In this document: piece by piece, positions 23,701 through 36,157 of the stretch | Layout: each line of letters begins with the position of its first letter | Numbering within the stretch: the stretch's first letter is position 1 | From: Octopus sinensis | Taxonomy: Eukaryota | NCBI RefSeq assembly: GCF_006345805.1 | Contig: NC_043002.1 | Coordinates: forward strand, 111,662,001 to 111,726,000 | Length of the DNA stretch: 64,000 nt | Direction of reading: 5' to 3' | Translations under genes and position numbers: made by a program | The notes under the pieces: model-generated | Database searches by the model: none | Told to the model about the DNA's origin: nothing | The model's input: only the letters and a program-made list of their open reading frames with translations

Positions 23701-26700
23701 TTTTATCTTTCACCCTGCAAATAAGTTATGGTTATTACCCCCAATGTCCTGAAACTGAGGGGTAACTTAAATCTTGAGGCTTGGAGATTAAAACCTAGCA
23801 GTAGATTTTATTAGCCTATGTATTGTTAGGATAATAAATTTCTTTGTTGTGCTTCTAGATACTCTTTACTCTCTTTTACTTGTTTCAGTCATTTGACTGC
23901 GGCCATGCTGGAGCACTGCCTTTAGTCGATCAAATCGACCCCGGGACTTATTCTTTGTAAGCCCAGTACTTATTCTATCGGTCTCTTTTGCCGAACCGCT
24001 AAGTGACGGGGACGTAAACACACCAGCATCGGTTGTCAAGCAATGCTAGGGGGACAAACACAGACACACAAACACACACACATGCATATATATATATATA
24101 TACATATATACGACAGGCTTCTTTCAGTTTCCGTCTACCAAATCCACTCACAAGGCATTGGTCGGCCCGGGGCTATAACAGAAGACACTTGCCCAAGGTG
24201 CCACACAGTGGGACTGAACCCGGAACCTGTGCCTAGATGTCAACTAATTTAATATGATGTAGAACTAGTTATTGTTCAATCCGACAATTCGAGCATATGT
24301 GACCCAGGATCACATTCTCGTGGAAGTAGTAAAATTTGGACATGGTCACATGTCCAAAACATTAATCATACATGAATAATGCTTAATGCTTACTTTCTAA
24401 ATGTTTTGGCCCTAACAGTTTCTGCTTGGTTAATGTTATTGTTTGATATTATCTCTCTATCTTTAATTATCTTAATTTATATTACAGACTGGTTTATCCA
24501 AATCTTTTGATTAATCTTAACCATAATATAGTTCAAGAATCAGAAATACTAAATTTCTAAATCTCTCGTAGAGACATGTATGGTGGTGGGGCGATAGAAT
24601 GGTTGTCTACTGTCAATCTAACACGAACGTGACAGTAGCGGGGTACACCACCGCTGTATAGCCCTAGGAAGCATCGACGCCTCCTGATGGCTTTGACACA
24701 TTTTTCCTGTGTCCTTATATACATTTACAAAGGGGAGATAGACACTCCCGGCTGCCTGGGCTGCATCTAGGGACATGTGTTTCAGGATGATTGTCCTTCG
24801 TCGGCCTAGACTAGCGGACACCGGTCAGCTGGTGATATTTGTCTCGCCTCACAATGTATATATCTAAATTTCAGTTCAAGAATGTTTTTTTTTAAAAGTT
24901 TTCCATGTTCCCTCTCATCAGGAAAAGAAAACTTGAAGAAGTGGCCAAACATGAGAAGTTACGCCACCATCCAAACTGTGTGAAGTTTTGTCAAGCCTGG
25001 GAAGAAATGGGCAGGCTGTACATGCAGATTGAACTATGCAAAACAAGGTAAGCTTGCATCATATTTCTGTTTTCTAATTCTGCTATTCTATATTGAAAGA
25101 GTTCTAATAAATGTTGTAGAACAAGTGAGTAACAACCTATGGCTGCTTAAACTCCTGGAAAAGGCATGAAAACCACCACATTCTAGTTGATTCTTTTCCA
25201 AAAAATATAAAGCCTTTGTACTTAATCAGGAAGGAAGCAGCATGTCAATAAAATTAATCCTAGAGTTAGAAAGCTGTATCAGGTTACATAGTCAGTATCT
25301 TGTAAGTTTGTGTCTGGCTGTGATTGGATTCAGCTGTGACCATCAGTCATACTATATGCATGTTTAGGTGTTTTGGGAATCATCATCATCATTTAGTGTC
25401 TGCTTTCCATGCTAGCATGGGTTGGACGGTTCAACTGGGGTCTGGGAAGCCCGAAGGCTGCACCAGGCCAGTCAGATCTGGCAGTGTTTCTACAGCTGGA
25501 TGCCCTTCCTAACGCCAACCACTCCGTGAGTGTAGTGGGTGCTTTTTATGTGCCACCGACACAGGTGCCAGACGAGGCTGGCGAACGGCCACGCTCGGAT
25601 GGTGTTTTTTATGTGCCACCGATACAGATGCCAGATGAGGTACCAAACAGTACTAAATAGTGTCTGCTGTATGTTATCTCGGGAAGTGTTGTTGTTTACC
25701 TGCAAGTAATTCCAGTTCTGATCAAGTATTTTTGATAGTCAAAGGCATTCCAACCACAACCATCCTCTTTGTTTACAACGTCTAGTGTATCTTATTTAAG
25801 ACAGTAGGGTGTGATTTGAGGTGAATTTGACTACTAATTTCAGCATGTTAATTGTCTCCCGTTTCCGTGCCGGTGGCACGTTAAAAGCACCAACCGATCG
25901 TGGCCGATGCCGGACCCCCCCGGCACCTGTGCAGGTGGCACGTAAAAAGCACCCACTACACTCGTGGAATGGTTGGCGTTAGGAAGGGCATCCAGCTGTA
26001 GAAACTCTGCCAGATCAGACTGGAGCCTGGTGCAGCCCCTGGCTTCCCAGACCCCGGTTGAACCGTCCAACCTGTGCTAGTGCGGAAAACGGACGTTAAA
26101 CCATGATGATGATTAGGTGGAGTAACTGGATTTATGTGTTGTGCTTAAGTACTTGGTTATTTACCTCCATACTATGAATGAAGAGCAACTAGTAGTTACT
26201 AGTGTTACTATGATAAACAATCAAATTTAATATGCTTTAAAATACATATTAACGTAGAAAAGTAGATATAAAATAACATTAATTGGGTTTTATTGTTCAT
26301 TGTGGAACTTCTTTTACTTGTTTCAGTCATTTGACTGCGGCCATGCTGGAGCACCGCCTTTAGTCGAGCAAATCGACCCCGGGACTTATTCTTTGTAAGC
26401 CCGGTACTTATTCTATCGGTCTCTTTTTGCCGAACCGCTAAGTGACGGGGACATAAACACACCAGCATCGGTTGTCAAGCAATGCTAGGGAGACAAACAC
26501 AAACATATACATACATATATATACATATATACGACAGGCTTCTTTCAGTTTCCGTCTACCAAATCCACTCACAAGGCATTGGTCGGCCCGGGGCTATAGT
26601 AGATGACACTTGCCCAAGATGCCACGCAGTGGGATTGAACCTGGAACCATGTGGTTGGTTAGCAAGCTACTTACCACACAGCCACTCCCGCGCCTATTTG

Positions 26701-28081
26701 TTATTTCTGATAATTCTTCGTGTATACAGAGGGCACAAAGCCATAAACTTGTAAGGGTAAATCAGTCAACTGATCTAATCCCAATACATCACTGGTACTT
26801 ATCGACTCTAAAATGAATCAGTGGAGATGACTAGTGGTGACTCAACCTACTAGGAATAACAGCCACATATCTCTCAAATCAGATTCCTGAGAAAGAGTAT
26901 GTTTGATATGGTTGTTTAGAAAATAGGCAGGATTGACACATCTGGAGCACCTTTAATTATAAGTCTGCTTGTTTGGGCCCAACCTGGGGTTGAACAGTAT
27001 CAACTGTCTCAGTGATAAAACACAAAATTGACCATGTCAAGATTTGAACTTGGAATCCAGAGCTTGTAAAATGTTGCTTAAATTTATGTGAAATTAAAGT
27101 TGTTGGTTGTAATAACTTATTATTTCTTTGTAGCCTCTATGATTTTGCTGAGAAAAATCACAATATTTCTGAAACATTGATATGGAAATTCCTTGTAGAT
27201 TTATTAATGGTAAGAGACAAGTTGCTTTTTAACTGCTTTTGATTTTAAATCCTCTCTATCTATCTCTATCTCACTAACTTTTCATCATCTGATACTGGAT
27301 CACATCCTCTAATGTCCCCTCCATCATAACAAGACACCTGTTTCTGTCTCCCTGTCTCTTTGTCACACTCTAGCCTTTCATTCTCTCACACAAGTTCCCC
27401 TCCTCAAATGACCCCTACCCGTCTCATAATTCCATGTCTTGTGAGTTACTAGGTGGTCCTGCCTGTGCTGGAGCCATGTAAAAAGCATCCGCTTCACACT
27501 GTAAAGTGGTTGGCATTTGGAAGGGTATAAATCTGTAAAAATCATGTCAAAATTAACTTCGCCTGTGCTAGTGCCATATAAAAAGCCCAGAGTCCACTCT
27601 GCAGAGTGGTTGGTGTTAGAGTATCCAGCCATAAACACCCTGCCAAAACAGACACAGTAGCCTAGGGTAGTTTTTTTTACTTGCTCACTTCTTGTCACCT
27701 GTCCTATCCATGCATGCTTCGAAGATGGCTGTTAAACGATGATGTGTGTATATATATATATATATGTGTGTGTGTATATTATAAAGATGAGAATGTGTGT
27801 CTGCCTGTCTGTGTGAATCCCTAAGACTTGAGAACTACTCAACCAATTTCATTCAAATTTTACACATGCCTTACTTAGGGTCCATGGAGTGTCATAGGCC
27901 CCAAATTTTTTAACTTCTTGCCTAGTGCAAGCCCAGAGCAATATCATCTTCTCCACTATTTCAGTATTATGTGTCAAAAGTGAAACAATAACATCTCTCT
28001 ATTGTAATGTCAGATATTTTCACTTTAATAGTTTCAGTATAAAGTGAAACTATTATCTCACATATATACAGACATATATAT

Positions 28082-28155
<74 letters not shown>

Positions 28156-31100
28156 ATGATGATGATATATGGTGGATTCTCTCATCGATGACGATGAATG
28201 AGGGTTCAGTAAATAACCTTCAACAATTCCTAAGCCTTGTGACATCGCATGTGTACCTTCAATCCAGCAGATGTCTTGCTCACTTTCTCGCAAATGGTAT
28301 CACCTGCATGTATTCGTTGGTTCAAAATGTCTTCTCGAGTGGACAGCGAACCCAGCTTTGCTTCGTGCTTGGAACCCACAGTGAAACACACGATCATTGT
28401 TTGGTGGGTTTTGCTGATGTATTGCTTTCAAATTTGCACAAAGGGCGTCCCTGTGACGAAGACGGTTACTTTCAAATTCTCTAGTCTTTAGAAAACACAT
28501 TTTCCTCCATTTGCTGCGATCCCCTGCTGCACTCTCCCAGGAGCTCAGAGCAACGTCACAACGCTTCAGATTGTCTTTTAGTTTGTCCTTGTAACGAAGA
28601 AGCAGACGCCCTGTTGGACTGGAAGAATTTGTCAATTGCCCATGAAAAAGCTGCTTTAGAACTCTTGAGTCATCCATTCTTACGAGATAACCAAACCACC
28701 GCATTTGTATCTGAATCAAAAATGTTTCAATACCAGTGATCTCACACCTCTCCAGTAACTCACTATTTCGAACACGATCTTACCATTTAACATTGCAAAT
28801 AGAACACAGACATCTCATATGGAAGGAATCAAGCTGATTGGTATGCTTTAAAGATTCTCAACAATTCAACTTCTCTGGTTGATATTAAGACATCCATCCC
28901 TAATAGGGGCTTTAACTTCCACATTTTAGAGCTCCATGACCTCCATTTTTCAGGAGCAAAATCCTTTTAACAGGTTCCATAAGACTGGAATTTTGGAATC
29001 TGCACATAAAGATCAGTAGCATGGGATACATGTATCATGATTAGAATTTTTTAGGGTGTGTAAAAAGGGAAATAACTCTCATCTGCAACTTTGATGAAAT
29101 TCGAATCAGGTATTCCAGTTCATTACAGAAAATATAATAGAAAAGTCTAATTCTTCAATTGGATGTAACACGGGCAATGCTGAGTACCTATGCTAGTCTG
29201 TGTGTGTGTATATGTATATATATATATATATATATATAAATATATATATATATATTTTACTACATATATATATATATATATTTTACTACATATATATATA
29301 TATATATATATTTTACTACATATATATATATATATTTTACTACACTCTCGGAGTGGTTGGCGTTAGGAAGGGCATCCAGCTGTAGAAACACTGCCAGATC
29401 TGACTGGCCTGGTGCAGCCTTCTGGCTTCCCAGACCCCAGTTGAACCGTCCAACCCATGCTAGCATGGAAAGCGGACGTTAAATGATGATGATGATGATA
29501 TATAACTAAAAATAAGGGTGTCTGAGAGACACCACCATGCCGAAATAGCAGTCAAAACCCTGACTCATGGCTAGAAATCCAGGATCTTGAATTATTCAGT
29601 AATATTTTTTGCTAGTCTATTTTGTCCCTCTGTCTTATCTCATGGTGCGATATGAACATTTAACGTGGTTCTTAGAGTCAGGGTTTTGACTGCTATTTCA
29701 GCATGGTGGTGTCTCTCAGACACCCTTATTTTTAGTTGTAAAGAAATTATTACCTTTGTATAGTATTTTTCCCATGCTGGCCACTTGATATCGATGTTTA
29801 AATATCGATATTATCCTTACTTATAAATATATATATATATATTTATATATATATATACAAATTGAGATAGGGGTTGTAAATGTAATCCTCCATGGGATAA
29901 CATATATCCAATATACTGCTAGTGAAGTACCCAACAAAGTTAATACATAATTGTTCAGGATTGCGATGCAATCAATTCATTTACTGTATTATATGGGCAA
30001 AGGTAAAATGATTTACCACCTATATATATATATATGTAAATAGAACACATACTTCGATTTTTACATGCCAAAACCTTCCATTATCCGTTGAACCTTTCTG
30101 TTTATTTAGGCTTTGAAGCATCTTCATGTTCATAACTTGGTCCACATGGATATAAAATCAGAGAACATTTTCCTATCGTTTGATGACATCTGTAAACTTG
30201 GTGATTTTGGTCTTGTCCTAGATGTTAGCAAGGTATGTTGTCTCTTTACTTAGTAAACATTTTTATTACCTCTCTTCCTTCAGTGATGATTTAAATTTAC
30301 TTGTTTGACATAATTGATGCTCACCTTCTTTTCATTCTCAGTCTCACTTTTTCTGGTATCACTAGAAGGTAGAATAGGTGGCTGGGGGACATCAGAAGAG
30401 GGGGAAAGGTATGATGATGATAATCCCATGTTGTGTTCTATTTGAACAGGGTTATGACATATCTGATGCTCAAGAAGGTGACCCTCAATATTTAGCACCT
30501 GAGTTGCTTGAAGGAAAGTTTGGTAAGCCTGCAGATATATTTAGGTGAATATTTTTTAGTATCTTATTTTTCTTTTTTGTTTGTATTTCCGTTGATATTA
30601 TTCTGTGTGTGACTTTGAGTCTGTGATTGGAAAGGGAGAACTTTGAAGAATGTAAAGAGAATTTTTGTGAGAATAAAAATGGTCTTGTGATTTAATTTTC
30701 TTCTACTCTGGAATGGCTCAAGTCCATGGGACTCTTCACTTTGTTTTCCTAGCTAATGAAATAATCATAAATTTTGTATTACTGCTGCATATTTTAGCTG
30801 TGAACCATTGTAACTTTATGTAAATCTTATGTTGATGCAGCATGAATTTGCTAGAAGTAGTTGCCAAATAACTCTTAGGTCACAGCCTGCTCTCCTAAAA
30901 AGGAATGGGCACATTAGATAATATATTCCTAGATGTTAAAGAAAAAGCCCCCCCCCCCAAACAGTGTGGTTATGGCTATGATGCCATTGATTATAAGGCT
31001 GACTAAATCATTTATGACTTGGTAACCATGTATTTCCTTTACAGCAACATACCTGTTTCTGTCCTCATTTTTCTCTCTCTCTCTCTGGGTAACCATGTAC

Positions 31101-32165
31101 CTCTCCTACAGCAAGATACCTGTTTCTGTCTCTGTCTCACTATAACCTTTCATTATCCAACACAAGATGACCTCCACCAATGGCTCTCCCAAAGATTCTT
31201 TGTCTTGCAAGTTACTTGGTGACCCTGTCAGTGTTGGTGCCACGTAAAAAGCATCCTGTCCACACTGTAAAGTGGTTGGCATTTGGAAGGGCATCCAGCT
31301 TTAAAAGCCATGCCAAAACTGACCTTGCCTGTGCTTATACTGCTGCCTAAAAGGCACTCAGTTCACTCTACAGGGTGCTTGATGTTAGGAACGGCATCCT
31401 GCTGTAAAAACCCTGCCAAAACAGACAGAAGTCTGGTGTAGGCTCCTGCCTGGCCAGCTCCTCTCAATCTGTCCAACCCATACTGGCATTTACCATGGAT
31501 GTTAGTCAAATACACATGTCACTAATATTCAAAGGAAAGGCATTGTTGTCACAGCTTCTCAATTCCCTTTCCTTGAAGGAGACACTAGGGTCTTGTTCAT
31601 TTGAAAGAAACATTATTGCATAAGATTTACTCTAAAGGTCCTGTTAAGGGAGCCACATAATGGCTTATTCTCCCATTGAAACAGTCTCTTTACATTGCCA
31701 ATACCTTTGGTCAGGTCTTGAATATCACACAATCCTCTTTCCTCTACACATGTAAGGAATCCAGATTCTACCAAACTATGTGCAAGCACTACAGCTGACT
31801 GAATGTCTTTTTAACTGTCTCTTAGGTTAATGATCTTTAGAAATTGCATAACTGTTACAGAAGCTTTTCTTCTTCAGTCTGAAGCAAGCTATCTCTTTCA
31901 GAGCTAAGATATGTAAGATGGTAGAGATAAATAGATTGTTGTTGTTTAGCCATGGTTGAATATTTCTTTTTCTTTTTTTTTTGTCAGCAAACATAGGCGC
32001 AGGAGTGGCTGTGTGGTAAGTAGCTTGCTTACCAACCACATGGTTCCGGGTTCAGTCCCACTGCGTGGCACCTTGGGCAAGTGTCTTCTACTATAGCCTC
32101 GGGCCGACCAAAGCCTTGTGAGTGGATTTGGTAGACGGAAACTGAAAGAAGCCCGTCGTATATAT

Positions 32166-32215
<50 letters not shown>

Positions 32216-35200
32216 TTGTCCCCCCAACATTGTTTGACAATCGATGCTGGTGTGTTTATGTACCCGTTACTTAGCGGTTCGGCAAAAGAGACCGATAGAA
32301 TAAGTACTGGGCTTACAAAGAATAAGTCCCGGGGTCGAGTTGCTCGACTAAAGGAGGTGCTCCAGCATGGCCGCAGTCAACTGACTGAAACAAGTAAAAG
32401 AGTAAACTGTGCATGTGAGGTTACATTATTAACTAATGTAATCTTGCTCACTACATCTTTTTTTAAAAAGAGTGCCATGTATTATGAAGATTTCACTACT
32501 ATTTCTAGGAAGTCAGGCACCCACCAAGGCTCTTATATAGCTACTGATGTGGATATTTTATTGCATTATGTTTGGTACCTTCTTGTTTTTAGTTCTAATG
32601 TTGTAGGTATCACTGAAATATATAAGAGTAATATATTGAATTTAATCAAACTGTTCTCAGTTTAATTAAAAACAAAAAAAAACCAACCCAGTTTGTACTT
32701 TGCTGTTTGAAGATGTTTATGTTTACTTGTTTTATTTTTTCAAAGTCTTGGCATGACCATTCTAGAACTATCTAGTGATCTAGATCTACCCAGAGGTGGT
32801 GAGGGTTGGCACATGCTGAGACATGGTCAAATTCCTGAAGAATTTCTTCAAGGTAAGCTCTGTGTGTACTGATATTGTATATGGAGGAAAGTATTGTATA
32901 TTAGGTTGGAAAGTGCTCTCCTTCATTAAATTCCTTAAAAGGTAGGGGCACTACCATAAAAATGGTATTTATCCTTGGTAGCTGGAGGTGTTCTTGGATC
33001 TGTGGGAATTCATCCTCTCTGAGGATTATCTCTCTCTATATAAACGGCAGTTTGTGTGTCTGTCAGGTTGTACCCTCACCCTGACCACGGCTTTCAACCG
33101 ATTCTGATGAAACTTGACATACACATAGCCCAATGTCATAATTCAAAACTAATGCAGCGAAAATTTTGAAAAGTTCCCCCAGTTCTTAAAAAAATCGATA
33201 AATTCGACATGGGGTCAAGAATCTAAGCTTTTTATTTGCAACACATTTTCTGTTGTAGTTTTCGCAACTTGCAATCGATTTTCACCAAACTCATGGTGAA
33301 GCTTAATATTACCCTAAGAAACTTAATTCTGATGTTAGTTTTCCATGCAATACCTTACCATCAGAAAAAAATCGATAAAATCATGCCATTTTGGGAATCG
33401 CGTTCAAATTCAAGATGACATATTTTCGACAATATCTTTCTCAAATTGGCAGGAATTATTTTAAAATTCACAGCGAGCATCATGTCTGCTCCAGGGGCTC
33501 TTACATACCCAGGCAATGCCGGGCTATGCTGCTAGTATCTCATATTTGTATGTTGTAAATATTTTTAGTCTTATCTAATTTCTTTGTAAACTCTTTATAT
33601 TTTTTTTTGTAATGTCCCCTCCACTGTTACCTTATTGGTAAATGAAATTGTAAAGTTGAAGATAGTGAGCTAGCAGAATCATTGCTGCACTTGACAGAGT
33701 GCTTAGCAGCATTTTATGTGTCTTTACATTCTGAGTTCAAATTCTGCTGAGGTTGACTTAGCCTTTCATCCTTTTGGAGTTGATGAAATGAGTACAAGTT
33801 GTGCACTGGGATCGATGTATTCTGTCACTTTCCCCAAAATTTCAGGCCTTGTGCCTATAATAGGATTATTATTTTAGGGTTAATAAAATAGCAGTACTCT
33901 AGTCAGTACTTGACTGCTTCCTGCCTTGTGCCTATCTAAGAAAATATTATTATACTTAGCACCATGAAAATGATTCCTTGACACTTCCTAGAAGAATCAT
34001 ATTACTCTATGTAAAGTATAGAAGCCATCTTAATATGGCTAACCACATAGGGGAGGGGGTGTTACTGTAGCTCTATAGCCCCAGGAGATCGTCGTCTCCA
34101 GCTGGCTTTAGACACCATTTCAGTGCCCTATCGAGCGATTACTGTTTACATCTCATTCTGAGATTTAATAATGCTTACAGTCAGTTTTTCGAAATCAGTG
34201 GCAGACGTCATTAGAAAAACTCTTATATATTTGCAAAGCAGCCTTGTCTTTCATCGCGACCTGGTGGTTACCACCCGTTGATAAGGGACAAAAATCCTGA
34301 AACTAGTCCGTGCGTATCACTCAGGCTTGCGAGAAAGGGATGGCCTCCCTTTGCAAATACTTCAAGGGCACTGAAATGGTGTCTAAAGCCAGCTGGAGAC
34401 GACGATCCCCTGGGGCTATAGAGCTACAGTAACACCCCCTCCCCTATATGGTTAGCCATATTAAGATGGCTTCTATACTTTACATTATCGAGCGATTACT
34501 GTTTACATCTCATTCTGAGATTTAATAATGCTCATATTACATATTACTCTGTAATTTTAAAAATATTTTTGATGCTTCCATTTTTGTTTGTTTTACCTTG
34601 TAGGTCGGTCATTTGATCTGAAGTATGTGATTCGACAAATGCTGGATCCTGACCCAACCAGTCGACCAATAGTTGAACAACTTTTAGCTTTCCCTTGTGT
34701 CAGAAAAGTATGTATTGCAGTATGTTTGCATTTGATTTGTTGATAGTTAAATATTTGTGTGGGAAAGATATTGTCAGTTGATTTCACCAGAGTTTATTTT
34801 CTTACTGGTATTTAAAAAAGGCTTGGCAGGTCAAAGAGATTGACCTGTACTTATTCTATTGGACACTTTGGCCGAACTGCTAAGTTACAAGGACATAAAC
34901 ACACCAACATCGGTTGTCAAGTGGTGAGGGGGAACAGACATTGACACACACTCACACACATATTTGGACAAGTGTCTTCTACTTTGATCAGCGGTCAACC
35001 ATAGCCTTCTAAGTGTATGTATATATGTTTATATATATGCATATGTATATATGTATATGTACGTATGTATGTATGTGTGTGTATGCATAGATATGTATTT
35101 ATGTGAATGTGTGTGTGTGTGTATATATATATATATTTATTTGTGTATATGTATATATGTAGGTGTATGTGTGTATCTTTGTGTGCGTATGTATGCATGA

Positions 35201-35839
35201 GTGTATGTGTGTATATATTTGTGCATATCTATATGTGTGCATACGTGTGTATATATATGTGCATGTGTGTGTATATGTGTATATATGTGTATATGAGTAT
35301 ATATATGCATGTGTGTATGTATATATATATACACACACATTATACACATGTATATACATATGTATATACACACGTATTTATACACATATAAACATACATA
35401 TGTACATATATATGTATACATATATATGTATGCATATATATATACATGTATATAAGCATACATATGCATACTTGCATATATATACATACATATATACATA
35501 GTGAGAATTTATGTATGTACATCATCATCATCATCATCATCAAGCATAGATATGTATATATGATTGTGTGTGTGTATATATACATATGAGTATATGTTTA
35601 TATATGTGTATATGTATGTGTATATATACTCATTTACTTGTTTCAGTCATTTGACTGTGGCCATGCTGGAGCACTGCCTTTAGTCAAGCGAATCGACCCC
35701 CAGGACTTATTCTTTGTAAGCTTAGTATTTATTCTATTGGTCTCTTTTGCTGAACTACTAAGTTACGGTGTCGTAAACACCAGCATCGGTTGTCAAGTGA
35801 TGTTGGGGAACAAACACACACATAAGCATACACACACAC

Positions 35840-35888
<49 letters not shown>

Positions 35889-36124
35889 AGCATATATACG
35901 ACGGGCTTCTTTCAGTTTCCGTCTACCAAATCCACTCACAAGGCTTTGGTCGACCTGAGGCTATAGTAGAAGTTACTTGCCCAAGGTGTCATGCAGTGGG
36001 ACTAAACCCGGAACCATGCAGTTGGTAAACAAGCTACTTACCACACAGCCACTCCTACACCTATTAGAAAGACATATGTATATGTATATATGTATGCGCG
36101 TGTATATATGTATTTGTATGTATT

Positions 36125-36157
<33 letters not shown>

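Noticed and set aside
29935-30000. Hammerhead-like geometry on the minus strand
   Set aside because: Both core boxes are too degenerate.
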